Virus record (IMG/VR): IMGVR_UViG_3300029286_000012
Length of the DNA stretch: 64,000 bases
Reading direction: 5' to 3' (one strand)
From: a virus
Below the pieces are notes generated by a model that was not told the DNA's origin, searched no databases, and saw nothing but the letters and a program-made list of their open reading frames with translations. Made by a program: the position numbers and the translations under genes. How positions within the stretch are numbered: position 1 is the stretch's first letter; every line of letters begins with the position of its first letter. Shown here piece by piece: positions 19,812 through 28,744 of the stretch.

Positions 19812-20498
19812 ATGAGTTATAATAAAACAAAAACTGATCCAGAGTTGGGTCAAAAAGTTCATCTACATCTATTAAATATGGGAGTAGAAACACCAATTGA
19901 CGACACAATTGATTTAGGTGATCGTAAGGATCGCATTGAAAAGATTGAAGGTCATTTCAAGGCTATTATGGAAACAATGGGTTTAGACCTAGATGATGAT
20001 AGTCTCATCGAAACACCCAAACGTGTTGCTAAGATGTATGTGAATGAAATCTTTTGGGGACTTGATTATGAAGCATTCCCTAAATGTACAACAGTTGACA
20101 ACAAGATGCAATATAACGAAATGGTTGTAGAGCGTAATGTTAATGTTCAATCTAACTGCGAACATCATTTTGTAGTCATCGATGGATTGGCTACTGTAGC
20201 TTATGTCCCTAAACAAAAAGTATTAGGGCTTAGTAAGATAAACCGTATCGTAGAATATTTTAGCAAAAGACCTCAAATCCAAGAGAGGTTAACAGAGCAA
20301 ATTTTTCACACCTTACAGTTCATCCTTGATACAGAAGATGTTGCAGTTATGATTGATGCACAGCATTATTGTGTTAAGTCACGCGGTGTAGAAGATACAG
20401 GTAGTAGTACTGTTACTTGTCGTTTAGGTGGAGGTTTCAAATCAGACCCCGCGGCACGTAGTGAGTTCTTACAAATTGCTAATAAAGGTTGCAAATAA
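19812..20498 (+). CDS. folE: GTP cyclohydrolase I
   Basis: ETPKRVAKMY, SNCEHHF, GLSKINRIV, RPQIQERLT, HYCVKSRG. Confidence 0.97.
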   Translation: MSYNKTKTDPELGQKVHLHLLNMGVETPIDDTIDLGDRKDRIEKIEGHFKAIMETMGLDLDDDSLIETPKRVAKMYVNEIFWGLDYEAFPKCTTVDNKMQYNEMVVERNVNVQSNCEHHFVVIDGLATVAYVPKQKVLGLSKINRIVEYFSKRPQIQERLTEQIFHTLQFILDTEDVAVMIDAQHYCVKSRGVEDTGSSTVTCRLGGGFKSDPAARSEFLQIANKGCK

Positions 20499-20695
20499 TG
20501 TTAAAAGATAGACGAGTTTTACTAGAGCAAGAAATTACAAAAGCCCACGAAGAGGCTGCTAATTTGTATTTAGATATTGTTACTAATGACGGTGATATGT
20601 CTAGTCCAGAATATCAATCTCTTAAAGATAAAATTACGAATTTACAGTTTGACCTTAACATTGTAAATAAATTAATCCACAAGGGACACCAATAA
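20498..20695 (+). CDS. Hypothetical protein
   Basis: TAATG-coupled ORF. Confidence 0.5.
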   Translation: MLKDRRVLLEQEITKAHEEAANLYLDIVTNDGDMSSPEYQSLKDKITNLQFDLNIVNKLIHKGHQ

Positions 20696-20931
20696 TGGGC
20701 TTTCGTAAACAAATGGATTACAACAGTGTACATCATCAAATCTATATGAGTGGTGTAGAACTTCATAGTAACTATAATGATGGTTTCAATCAATTTGAAA
20801 TCAAAAAAGATTTACATAAATTAAAATGGTTATTAGATGAAATTATGTCTGATAGTCCTACGTTTGCAGGTGAAGAAGAATTTTTAAAAGAACATGACCA
20901 AACTAAAATGTGGAGAGCACTTTCAAAATGA
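20695..20931 (+). CDS. Hypothetical protein
   Basis: TAATG-coupled ORF. Confidence 0.55.
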   Translation: MGFRKQMDYNSVHHQIYMSGVELHSNYNDGFNQFEIKKDLHKLKWLLDEIMSDSPTFAGEEEFLKEHDQTKMWRALSK

Positions 20932-21401
20932 TTTTCAACCACATTAAAAAACTTAAACAAGAAGGTAAAAAGATTGGTATTACTTTTAGCACATTTGACT
21001 TACTACACGCAGGCCACGTTGCTATGTTAAGTGAGGCAAAGAATCATTGTGATTACTTGATTTGTGGATTACAAACTGATCCAACTATCGATAGACCTGA
21101 TACTAAGAATAAACCCATTCAAAGTATTGTAGAACGACAAATTCAGTTAGCGGCTTGTCGCTATGTTGATGAAGTAGTGGTTTATCAAACTGAACAGGAC
21201 TTAATTGACTTGTTATTAATACTACCAGTAGATGTTCGCATACTAGGTGTAGAATATGCAGAAAAAGAATTTACCGGAAGATATGAAGGTGGAGAACGTG
21301 GCATTGAACTTGTGTTTAATGGACGTGACCATAGTTTCAGTAGTTCAAGTTTAAGAAAAAGGGTAGCTGATGCCCAGATTATTAACACTCTTAATAAATA
21401 A
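20928..21401 (+). CDS. Glycerol-3-phosphate cytidylyltransferase-like (TagD family)
   Basis: STFDLLHAGH, GLQTDP, CRYVDEV, RDHSFSSSSLR. Confidence 0.85.
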   Translation: MIFNHIKKLKQEGKKIGITFSTFDLLHAGHVAMLSEAKNHCDYLICGLQTDPTIDRPDTKNKPIQSIVERQIQLAACRYVDEVVVYQTEQDLIDLLLILPVDVRILGVEYAEKEFTGRYEGGERGIELVFNGRDHSFSSSSLRKRVADAQIINTLNK

Positions 21402-21476
21402 CTATAGCGGTCTTTGGACATCATCCCGCTTTACAAATTCTGCTGCCTATGCTATAATACAACATAGGAGAAATTC
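21395..21476 (+). promoter_or_regulatory. Structured queD leader with two promoters (TAAATA; TTTACA-N17-TATAAT) and an SD-sequestering hairpin
   Basis: Stem AGCGG 21406-10 / CCGCT 21426-30; stem CCTATG 21446-51 / CATAGG 21463-68 overlapping the SD AGGAG. Confidence 0.55.
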
Positions 21477-21959
21477 ATGGCAAACAAAAAATTCTTTTCA
21501 ACAAAAACATACAGACAAATAGGTCCTGTTGCATATCGTCAATGGCGTGCTGACAGTCATTGTAATTTAATTCATGGCTATGCTATGAGTTTTCACTTTG
21601 AGTTTGAAGCTGATACATTAGACGCACGTAACTGGGTAACTGACTTCGGTGGATTACGACCCCTCAAAGATAAACTAGAGGAATGGTTTGACCATACTCT
21701 ATTAGTCGCACAAGATGATCCTATGCGTGATGAACTATTGCGTTTAGGTGAATTGAAACTAGCAAAGATTACAGAAGTAGAACGTACTGGTTGTGAAGGT
21801 ATATCTGACTTCTTATACGAATACATTAACACAATTTTCTTACCCAACTGTGGTAGTGAAGAAGCTAAACGTGTTTGGTGTTGCAGAGTAGAGGTACGTG
21901 AGACTGATAGCAATATGGCAGGACGTAGTGGTCATAGGGAAGACGGGGAGTTTGCATAA
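21477..21959 (+). CDS. queD: 6-carboxy-5,6,7,8-tetrahydropterin synthase
   Basis: SHCNLIHGY (CxxxHG), WVTDFG, FDHTLL, GCEG, VRETDSN. Confidence 0.85.
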   Translation: MANKKFFSTKTYRQIGPVAYRQWRADSHCNLIHGYAMSFHFEFEADTLDARNWVTDFGGLRPLKDKLEEWFDHTLLVAQDDPMRDELLRLGELKLAKITEVERTGCEGISDFLYEYINTIFLPNCGSEEAKRVWCCRVEVRETDSNMAGRSGHREDGEFA

Positions 21960-22390
21960 TGTTTAGTGTACTCAAATTCATTTGGTTGATTAGTCGTTCC
22001 TCTTGGAATATTATAAACCCTAATATGAATCCTCTGCGTCATGCGCCCGTATATGTCAAATACTTTCTCAGTATCCTACTAGGCTGTTTTTGGAGTCTGG
22101 CGTTTGGTCTTTACGTTGGTGAACTACTGACTATCGGCTACAACATGATTGGACACATTGCTATCATTAGCATGGTGTTTGCTACTTGGGCAGTGTTTCG
22201 TTCAGTAGAAAATACTTATGGTCCACGCGGTGGCACAGTAGACTGGCTACGTATGCCAGATTACAGTAGCCGTTGTGACGAACTTACTGAACAACAACGA
22301 CTTGAAAAAGTACAAGAATGGAACAATCGTAATGTTTGGAACGAACCTAAACATTCTGAAAAAGATAAAGAAACTTATTACGGAGCATGA
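21959..22390 (+). CDS. Membrane hypothetical protein
   Basis: Two hydrophobic segments. Confidence 0.55.
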   Translation: MFSVLKFIWLISRSSWNIINPNMNPLRHAPVYVKYFLSILLGCFWSLAFGLYVGELLTIGYNMIGHIAIISMVFATWAVFRSVENTYGPRGGTVDWLRMPDYSSRCDELTEQQRLEKVQEWNNRNVWNEPKHSEKDKETYYGA

Positions 22391-22622
22391 GTATGACTGT
22401 TAATGAAATTATTGCCGTAATAATAATGGTAACTGTAGTAGGAATAGTACTATGGGATATACACAAAAATGGATTAAGTAAAGAAGATGAACCAAGAGAA
22501 TAAAGAACCTGAAACAGAACAATGGTTAGAAGATATAACCAAACACGCACCGGTTGTGATTCCTATTGTGGGAGCAGTATTAAGTTTTATGTTGGCTTTT
22601 ATTGCCATCACAATGGCTTGAT

Positions 22623-22841
22623 ATGGCAATAATCAAATGGATTTGCTTTGGCATTATGTTCGCAGGAGCCATAGTAGTTAGTTTTAATCTAGATCCTATA
22701 ATAGGCATTGAGCTACTATTTGTAGGCAACGCCGCTTGGTTGGTAACTGCCGTACGTACTAGAGATTGGCCTAGTGCCGCAAACTTTGGCATGCTGGCAT
22801 CAGTATGGTTTCTAGGTATGTTACAATATTATAAAGGATAA
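22623..22841 (+). CDS. Small membrane protein
   Basis: Three hydrophobic segments. Confidence 0.5.
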   Translation: MAIIKWICFGIMFAGAIVVSFNLDPIIGIELLFVGNAAWLVTAVRTRDWPSAANFGMLASVWFLGMLQYYKG

Positions 22842-22843
22842 AA

Positions 22844-23482
22844 ATGTTAGAAACAATTTGCGATACATTAGTTGAAGCATATAGACGCAACTGGATTACC
22901 AGTCGTGATGGCAATGTAAGTATTCGTCATCACGACCGTGACCACTTCTACATCACACCCAGTGGTGTTCGTAAGCAAACGATGCAACCCGACCAGTTTA
23001 AGAAGATTGGGATAATCGATCAGATTTGGCAAGAAGATCCGTCGTTGATAGAACTTCCTTATTCAGATATAAGCCAAGGATTGAGACCTAGTGGAGAATT
23101 GCCTTTGCATTTTGGATTGCAAAAGAGACTAGGACAACACAGTGATGATGTAAGAGTTGTAGTTCATTTACACCCTACTTATTGTATTGCCGCTATGCAC
23201 GCCGGTATTGATTTAAGCACTATCAGTAGTGCGTTTCCAGAATTGAATCGTTACACTAAGGTAGCACCCAATGTAAGGGATGTGGCTCCCATTAGCCAAG
23301 AGCTTGCGGATCAATGCCATAATCAATTACAATTAGACAATAAAGGCAACATTGCCTATGACATTGTAGGTATTAAAGGACACGGAGTAGTAGCAATTGA
23401 CACAAGCCCCTGGCGTGCGTTTGAACACATTGAACGATTAGAACATATTTGTCAAATCGTATTAGCATCAGGAAAATATTAA
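22844..23482 (+). CDS. Class II aldolase/adducin-family protein (FucA/AraD/MtnB-like)
   Basis: DGNVS, ITPSG, PSGELPLH, VVHLHP, GHGVV. Confidence 0.9.
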   Translation: MLETICDTLVEAYRRNWITSRDGNVSIRHHDRDHFYITPSGVRKQTMQPDQFKKIGIIDQIWQEDPSLIELPYSDISQGLRPSGELPLHFGLQKRLGQHSDDVRVVVHLHPTYCIAAMHAGIDLSTISSAFPELNRYTKVAPNVRDVAPISQELADQCHNQLQLDNKGNIAYDIVGIKGHGVVAIDTSPWRAFEHIERLEHICQIVLASGKY

Positions 23483-23483
23483 A

Positions 23484-24119
23484 ATGAGTTACATTGTAGG
23501 ATCATTGCCACCAATTAAGTGTTGGATAAAACGTGAATTTCTTTATAACTTTGAAAAGGGGCACGGAGAATTAGAACCTGCCATCTGGGTTAGTCTTAAA
23601 GCATTGCGTGGACAAGTATTTCGTATTGAAAGTTTATTACCCAATTACGGAGCATTGTATGATAAACTACCTATACACGCTTATGTATGGAAAAAAGACC
23701 ACACAGCAACGTTACCTATTGATATGTTACAGCTTTGGGACTGTATGGGGTATCGTTTTACTATCATTGAAAAAATAGGATTACGCAATTTAGGTGTTAA
23801 GTTTCTAGGTAAAGACAAGGAATGGCATTACGGAACTTATTTGTTTACTGTAGACTTTTGTGCTGACGGCATGGATGTGGACACAGGCTTTACTGAAGTT
23901 GCAGAAGAACACAAATCGTTTAATTTTATTAAGTTAGAAAATGGACAGTTTGCTTGTCAGCCTAACAACCGTTGCTTGTGGTACGATCAAAGTTTGATTC
24001 CCGGTGAAACTAAATTTCCTGATTTTCAGGCGGCTCAAAATCTATGGACAGTAGATGGTACACGTAAATGGAGTGCAGGAGATGATTGGTTTTATTCTAT
24101 TGAGGAAAAACATGAATAG
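23484..24119 (+). CDS. Hypothetical protein
   Basis: 211 aa; LQLWDC, EHKSFN, QPNNR motifs; function unknown. Confidence 0.6.
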   Translation: MSYIVGSLPPIKCWIKREFLYNFEKGHGELEPAIWVSLKALRGQVFRIESLLPNYGALYDKLPIHAYVWKKDHTATLPIDMLQLWDCMGYRFTIIEKIGLRNLGVKFLGKDKEWHYGTYLFTVDFCADGMDVDTGFTEVAEEHKSFNFIKLENGQFACQPNNRCLWYDQSLIPGETKFPDFQAAQNLWTVDGTRKWSAGDDWFYSIEEKHE

Positions 24120-24303
24120 TTTAGAAAAAATTTGGGCAAGAGCAACCGGCCATTTAATGGGTAATACAGATGATGACAGGCCTGATGTTCCTATTCTTAC
24201 ATTGGGTGAAGCGAGGATTGCATTGTTCCTAAAGACTTTCTGGGTGGTGCTACATGTGATAACATGTTGTGTCATTATAGCAAATACTATACGTCATTGG
24301 TAA
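24112..24303 (+). CDS. Small membrane hypothetical protein
   Basis: ATG at 24112 with GAGGA RBS. Confidence 0.55.
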   Translation: MNSLEKIWARATGHLMGNTDDDRPDVPILTLGEARIALFLKTFWVVLHVITCCVIIANTIRHW

Positions 24304-24306
24304 TAA

Positions 24307-24525
24307 ATGAACAAAAAAATAGAAGAACTAGCAAAAGAAGCAGGGTTTGACTGGGCATTAAAACGAGCATCACTTGCAGGTCAAACTGCTGATAGTGAAT
24401 CTATTGAAAAATTTGCTGAATTAATTATACGTGATTGTGCTAAACAAGTTAATCACATTTACAAACAAGGTGGCGGCACTTGGGGTGAAGTCATCCTTAC
24501 CAACTACAACATAAAAATCAAATGA
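24307..24525 (+). CDS. Hypothetical protein (KFAELII family)
   Basis: EKFAELIIRDC; paralogous motif at 46389. Confidence 0.55.
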   Translation: MNKKIEELAKEAGFDWALKRASLAGQTADSESIEKFAELIIRDCAKQVNHIYKQGGGTWGEVILTNYNIKIK

Positions 24526-25370
24526 GTCATTTAAAAGTATCAGAATTATTTTATAGCATTCAAGGTGAGGGTAGATACATGGGTGTTCCCAGTGTGTTCT
24601 TACGAACATATGGATGTAATTTTACATGCGGTGGCTTCGGTATGCCTAAGGGAGAAATGAGTAGTGAGAGAGATGTTATTGCAATTAAAGCAGAAGATTA
24701 TACAGATTATAAATCCTTACCGCTTGTCAGTACAGGATGTGATAGTTACGCAAGCTGGGACCCTCGCTTTAAACATCTTAGTCCTGTTATCGCTACCGAT
24801 AGTATTGTTGACAGCATTATGGATATACTTCCTCACAAGCGTTGGATGGATGAACACCTTGTTATCACAGGTGGTGAACCTCTTCTTGGATGGCAAAGAG
24901 CGTATCCAGACTTACTTTCAAATGAAAAAATGAGAAGTCTTAAAGAGATTACATTCGAAACTAACGGTACACAAGAACTTAGTCAAGACCTCACAATATA
25001 TTTACAGAAGTGGAAGATTAACAGAGAAAAGAATGCATTAACATTTAGTGTTAGTCCTAAACTAAGTATCAGTGGCGAGAAGTGGCAAGAAGCAATTTGT
25101 CCTAGTATTATTCGTCAATATGAAAGTGTAGGTTTTGTTTATCTTAAGTTTGTAGTAGCAACAGAAGATGATGCACTTGAAGCAGATAAAGCAGTAAAAG
25201 AATTTCGCAATGGTGGATTTAGAGGCCCTGTATACTTCATGCCATGCGGTGGCGTAGAGTCATTATATAAACTAAATGCAAAGAATGTTGCTATTGAAGC
25301 AATGAATCGTGGTTATCGTTATAGTGATAGACTGCAAGTACCGTTATTTAAAAATGAGTGGGGAACATGA
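24522..25370 (+). CDS. queE: 7-carboxy-7-deazaguanine synthase (radical SAM)
   Basis: ELFYSIQGEG, VFLRTYGCNFTC...GCDS, ITGGEPLL, FETNGT, SVSPKL, SDRLQ. Confidence 0.93.
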   Translation: MSHLKVSELFYSIQGEGRYMGVPSVFLRTYGCNFTCGGFGMPKGEMSSERDVIAIKAEDYTDYKSLPLVSTGCDSYASWDPRFKHLSPVIATDSIVDSIMDILPHKRWMDEHLVITGGEPLLGWQRAYPDLLSNEKMRSLKEITFETNGTQELSQDLTIYLQKWKINREKNALTFSVSPKLSISGEKWQEAICPSIIRQYESVGFVYLKFVVATEDDALEADKAVKEFRNGGFRGPVYFMPCGGVESLYKLNAKNVAIEAMNRGYRYSDRLQVPLFKNEWGT

Positions 25371-25609
25371 AAAAATATCAGCACATTGTATTATTGCCAT
25401 GGGATTATTGGAAATACTATATGGGACCAGACGGTTCTATAAGAGATAAAAATAATCCATTAGATTGGTGTGTTGATACTTTTGGTCCTGGTAGAACAAA
25501 GTCTAGGTGGACGTATGAATATAAAGATACACAAGATGATGGATTTGAAACTACGTTCAAATTCACAGATGAGAAAGATTATATTCATTTTATGTTACGA
25601 TGGAGATAG
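25367..25609 (+). CDS. Hypothetical protein
   Basis: WC..TFG...FTDEKDYIHFMLRW phage-type small protein. Confidence 0.55.
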   Translation: MKKYQHIVLLPWDYWKYYMGPDGSIRDKNNPLDWCVDTFGPGRTKSRWTYEYKDTQDDGFETTFKFTDEKDYIHFMLRWR

Positions 25610-25611
25610 TT

Positions 25612-25839
25612 ATGCCACTAGATAGCATGGGTCATACTTCTGAGTTTAATCGTAATAGTTATCTAGGAGCAGAACTTAAATTTGTTTGGTTACCTGAAAG
25701 ATGCAATCTAACAGGTAAACGTATCTGGTTAGTAAAAGCTTACAGACTAACTAGTATCTGGCACGGCCCCGATGCTGCCGTATTAGAACACAGTTGGCAC
25801 GATAAGAATACCCATATTATGTGGTTATTAAAAAGGTAA
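25612..25839 (+). CDS. Hypothetical protein
   Basis: ORF with GGAG RBS. Confidence 0.5.
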   Translation: MPLDSMGHTSEFNRNSYLGAELKFVWLPERCNLTGKRIWLVKAYRLTSIWHGPDAAVLEHSWHDKNTHIMWLLKR

Positions 25840-26013
25840 ATATATGTATGAATTAAGATATCTTGTCCGAAACGGTTGGGACGGACCAGAAAAAGTGTTA
25901 CAATATAGAACACAAATTGAAGTAACAGATTATAGTACAACCACTGATAAAGGTAGTTTTACTAAAAAGCGTGAATGGACTGAATGGCAAGATGTGCCCA
26001 CAGTGAAAGATAA

Positions 26014-27405
26014 ATGAGAACATACGATAAACGAATTGGCTTCTTAGTAAGCTCACAAACATTGATACCACATGGTGGTATAGGACAATTTACAAAAAGC
26101 TTTTGTGAATTGATGGATAGTCATAATATTAAAGTTGATATCATTACTGATAAACAACCGCAGAATACAGATTTCATCAAGTCACTTAATGCAAAAATTA
26201 TCGCACCGACTAATGTATTAAAATACACAGACCATAGTGCTATCTTTATGTATGGTGATACATTCTGCTATGAGCGTATGGCCAACTTCCGTAATAGTAT
26301 TGTTGAAGCACTAGAAGAAAATATGTATGATGCACTCGTATGTAATACATATGAAACTGTGCAATTAGCTTCAACTATGGGATTAGAAGATATTATTCAA
26401 ATTATTGCGTACACTCACTTAGAAAGTCAAATCTTTACTAATACTTCAAATCCATTTCTATTAAGTACGAATGAAATGATGCGTAAACAATTAGAGATGA
26501 ATGCATTGTTTATAGGGACACAAAGTAAATACAATCAATTGCAATTTCAAAATGCATATGAATTACCTATCCCATTGCCAGAAAAAGATTTATTAAAAGA
26601 ACACCATAAGCCACGTGAAGGTGTACTGTTTATTGGTAGATGGGAAGAGGGTAAGAATCCCGAACTCTATTTAGATTTAATTGAGCAAACACGATTGCCA
26701 GCAAGAGTAATGACAAGTGCGACTGGTGCTAAAAAGTTTGAAGCACGATTAAAAGAAATTGGTGTACCATATGAAATTCGTATAGGTATTATTGGTCAAG
26801 AGAAGGTTGATTTCATAACTAGTTGTCGTGTTGCATTTAATCCTAGTTTAGTTGAGAGTTACGGGATTGCATTTTTAGAACAAATGACACAAATGCCAAC
26901 TGTTGCGTTAGATAATATACGATGGACTAACAATTTTAATAGTCAATATTTTTTCACTTGTACAAAACAAACAATGGTAACTGTAGTGGAAGCGTTGTAT
27001 CATTCATATGACACTGCACAAAGTTGGTATGATGAAGGCTCATTAAAACATACTCAAACTATGGATAGTTTAGTATTTCATAAATGGAATGATTGTTTTA
27101 ATCAATTTGCTTGTAAACAATCAAGGAACAGTACTGCAGGTATTTGCAAGACTCTCACTTCTCCAAATTTAACTGTTAGATATGCAGATTTTATTGCAAC
27201 CCTAAACAGAAGAATAATCTGCATTGATGATGCCCGTAGTGTGTTTACAAACAAATACAAATATCGTGTAATTTATACTGATGACGATACATATTTGACT
27301 CTTGATCCTGCATTTGTACCCGCACCAATTGTAATATTGCAACCAACTATACAATCAAATCTTACCGGTAACCCAATGGAAGATTTGTTTGAAATTGAGA
27401 AATAA
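26014..27405 (+). CDS. GT4-family (GT-B) glycosyltransferase
   Basis: PHGGIGQF, LFIGRWEEGKNP, NPSLVESYGIAFLE (ExxGxxxxE). Confidence 0.85.
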   Translation: MRTYDKRIGFLVSSQTLIPHGGIGQFTKSFCELMDSHNIKVDIITDKQPQNTDFIKSLNAKIIAPTNVLKYTDHSAIFMYGDTFCYERMANFRNSIVEALEENMYDALVCNTYETVQLASTMGLEDIIQIIAYTHLESQIFTNTSNPFLLSTNEMMRKQLEMNALFIGTQSKYNQLQFQNAYELPIPLPEKDLLKEHHKPREGVLFIGRWEEGKNPELYLDLIEQTRLPARVMTSATGAKKFEARLKEIGVPYEIRIGIIGQEKVDFITSCRVAFNPSLVESYGIAFLEQMTQMPTVALDNIRWTNNFNSQYFFTCTKQTMVTVVEALYHSYDTAQSWYDEGSLKHTQTMDSLVFHKWNDCFNQFACKQSRNSTAGICKTLTSPNLTVRYADFIATLNRRIICIDDARSVFTNKYKYRVIYTDDDTYLTLDPAFVPAPIVILQPTIQSNLTGNPMEDLFEIEK

Positions 27406-27923
27406 TGATGAAACAAAAAGTTATAGATTTTATTAATAGTAACAAGTTTAAAAATAAGTTTGGAATACCCTTCGTCATTTTTGACGGAGAGCTAAAAAAA
27501 TACAAAACCGATAAATTACCAAATACCTGTGGTATATATATTACTCATAGTGACAAGTTAGGAATAATATATATAGGAATGACTGAATCAAGTGCTAATA
27601 GTAGATTTGAAAGGCACATGGGTAGGGCAGACAAAGGTAAAGATTATGACAAAAATAAACCTCATAAAGTTTGGGATTATTTTCATAGCTGGTGTAAAAC
27701 AGAAAGGTATAGTTTAGAACAAGATAGCGATTATATTTTTGTGTCTTTCCAAAACAAAATTACGAAAAAACAATTAGAATTCTTGGAAAGCGGATTAATC
27801 TTTGAATTTCAAACTTTACTGAATGATGATTGTTTTGAATGGTTTGGTTTTCAACAGTTAGAAAATCTTAAAGGAACTTTGTCCACGTCAAGAGATACAA
27901 CAGATTTATTTGAAGGATTATGA
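27405..27923 (+). CDS. GIY-YIG endonuclease (probable free-standing homing endonuclease)
   Basis: CGIYITH...IYIGMT...SRFERH...LESGLI...LLN. Confidence 0.75.
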   Translation: MMKQKVIDFINSNKFKNKFGIPFVIFDGELKKYKTDKLPNTCGIYITHSDKLGIIYIGMTESSANSRFERHMGRADKGKDYDKNKPHKVWDYFHSWCKTERYSLEQDSDYIFVSFQNKITKKQLEFLESGLIFEFQTLLNDDCFEWFGFQQLENLKGTLSTSRDTTDLFEGL

Positions 27924-28744
27924 AAAAGATTTTAATTACAGGTAACAGTGGTTACATTGGTTCACATCTTACTAAGATGTTGAAGGGTGAATATCAAGTG
28001 TATGGTTTAGATAAAGTAGAACCACAAGAATCACCTTATACATTTTATCAATGTGATATCAATAGACCATTTAGTTTAGAAGATGAATTTGATTGTGTTA
28101 TTCATTTAGCCGCATTGGTTAATGTAGGTGAAAGTGAACAGAAACCTATTCAATACTATATTACTAATTTGAATGGTACAATGAATGTACTAAACAAGAT
28201 TAAGACAAAGAACTTTATCTTTGCAAGTACAGGTGCCGCACAAGATTGTGAGAGTGCATATGGTATCAGTAAACGTGCGGCAGAGGATGTAGTGAAAGAA
28301 TATTGTACAACTCATCGTCAAATACCATATACAATCTTTAGATTTTATAATGTTATTGGAAGCGAAGGCTTTGCTCCCACTAACCCCGATGGGTTAATGT
28401 ACAATCTCATTATGGCTATGCAATCAAAAGAGTTTACTGTATTTGGTAATGATTATGAAGTATCACCCGATGGCACTTGTGTGCGTGATTATGTACACGT
28501 AAACGAGATATGTGACGCATTGAAACAAGCTATTGAGAAGCCTAGCAATAGCGTTGAATCACTTGGTCACGGAGTAGGATATACTGTTAAAGAGATTGTT
28601 GATGAGTTTCAAAAAGTCAATGATGTTAGCTTCAACGTGAAATACGGCCCAAGAAGAAAGGGCGATATTGCTAGCAGTGTGCTAGAAGATGTGTCACCTT
28701 ATATGCGTAACTTGTATACGATGGATCAGTTATTGAAGATTTAA
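27920..28744 (+). CDS. galE: NAD-dependent sugar epimerase (UDP-glucose 4-epimerase-like)
   Basis: TGNSGYIGSH, IHLAA, YGISK (YxxxK), FRFYNV, DGTCVRDYVHV, RRKGD. Confidence 0.85.
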   Translation: MKKILITGNSGYIGSHLTKMLKGEYQVYGLDKVEPQESPYTFYQCDINRPFSLEDEFDCVIHLAALVNVGESEQKPIQYYITNLNGTMNVLNKIKTKNFIFASTGAAQDCESAYGISKRAAEDVVKEYCTTHRQIPYTIFRFYNVIGSEGFAPTNPDGLMYNLIMAMQSKEFTVFGNDYEVSPDGTCVRDYVHVNEICDALKQAIEKPSNSVESLGHGVGYTVKEIVDEFQKVNDVSFNVKYGPRRKGDIASSVLEDVSPYMRNLYTMDQLLKI

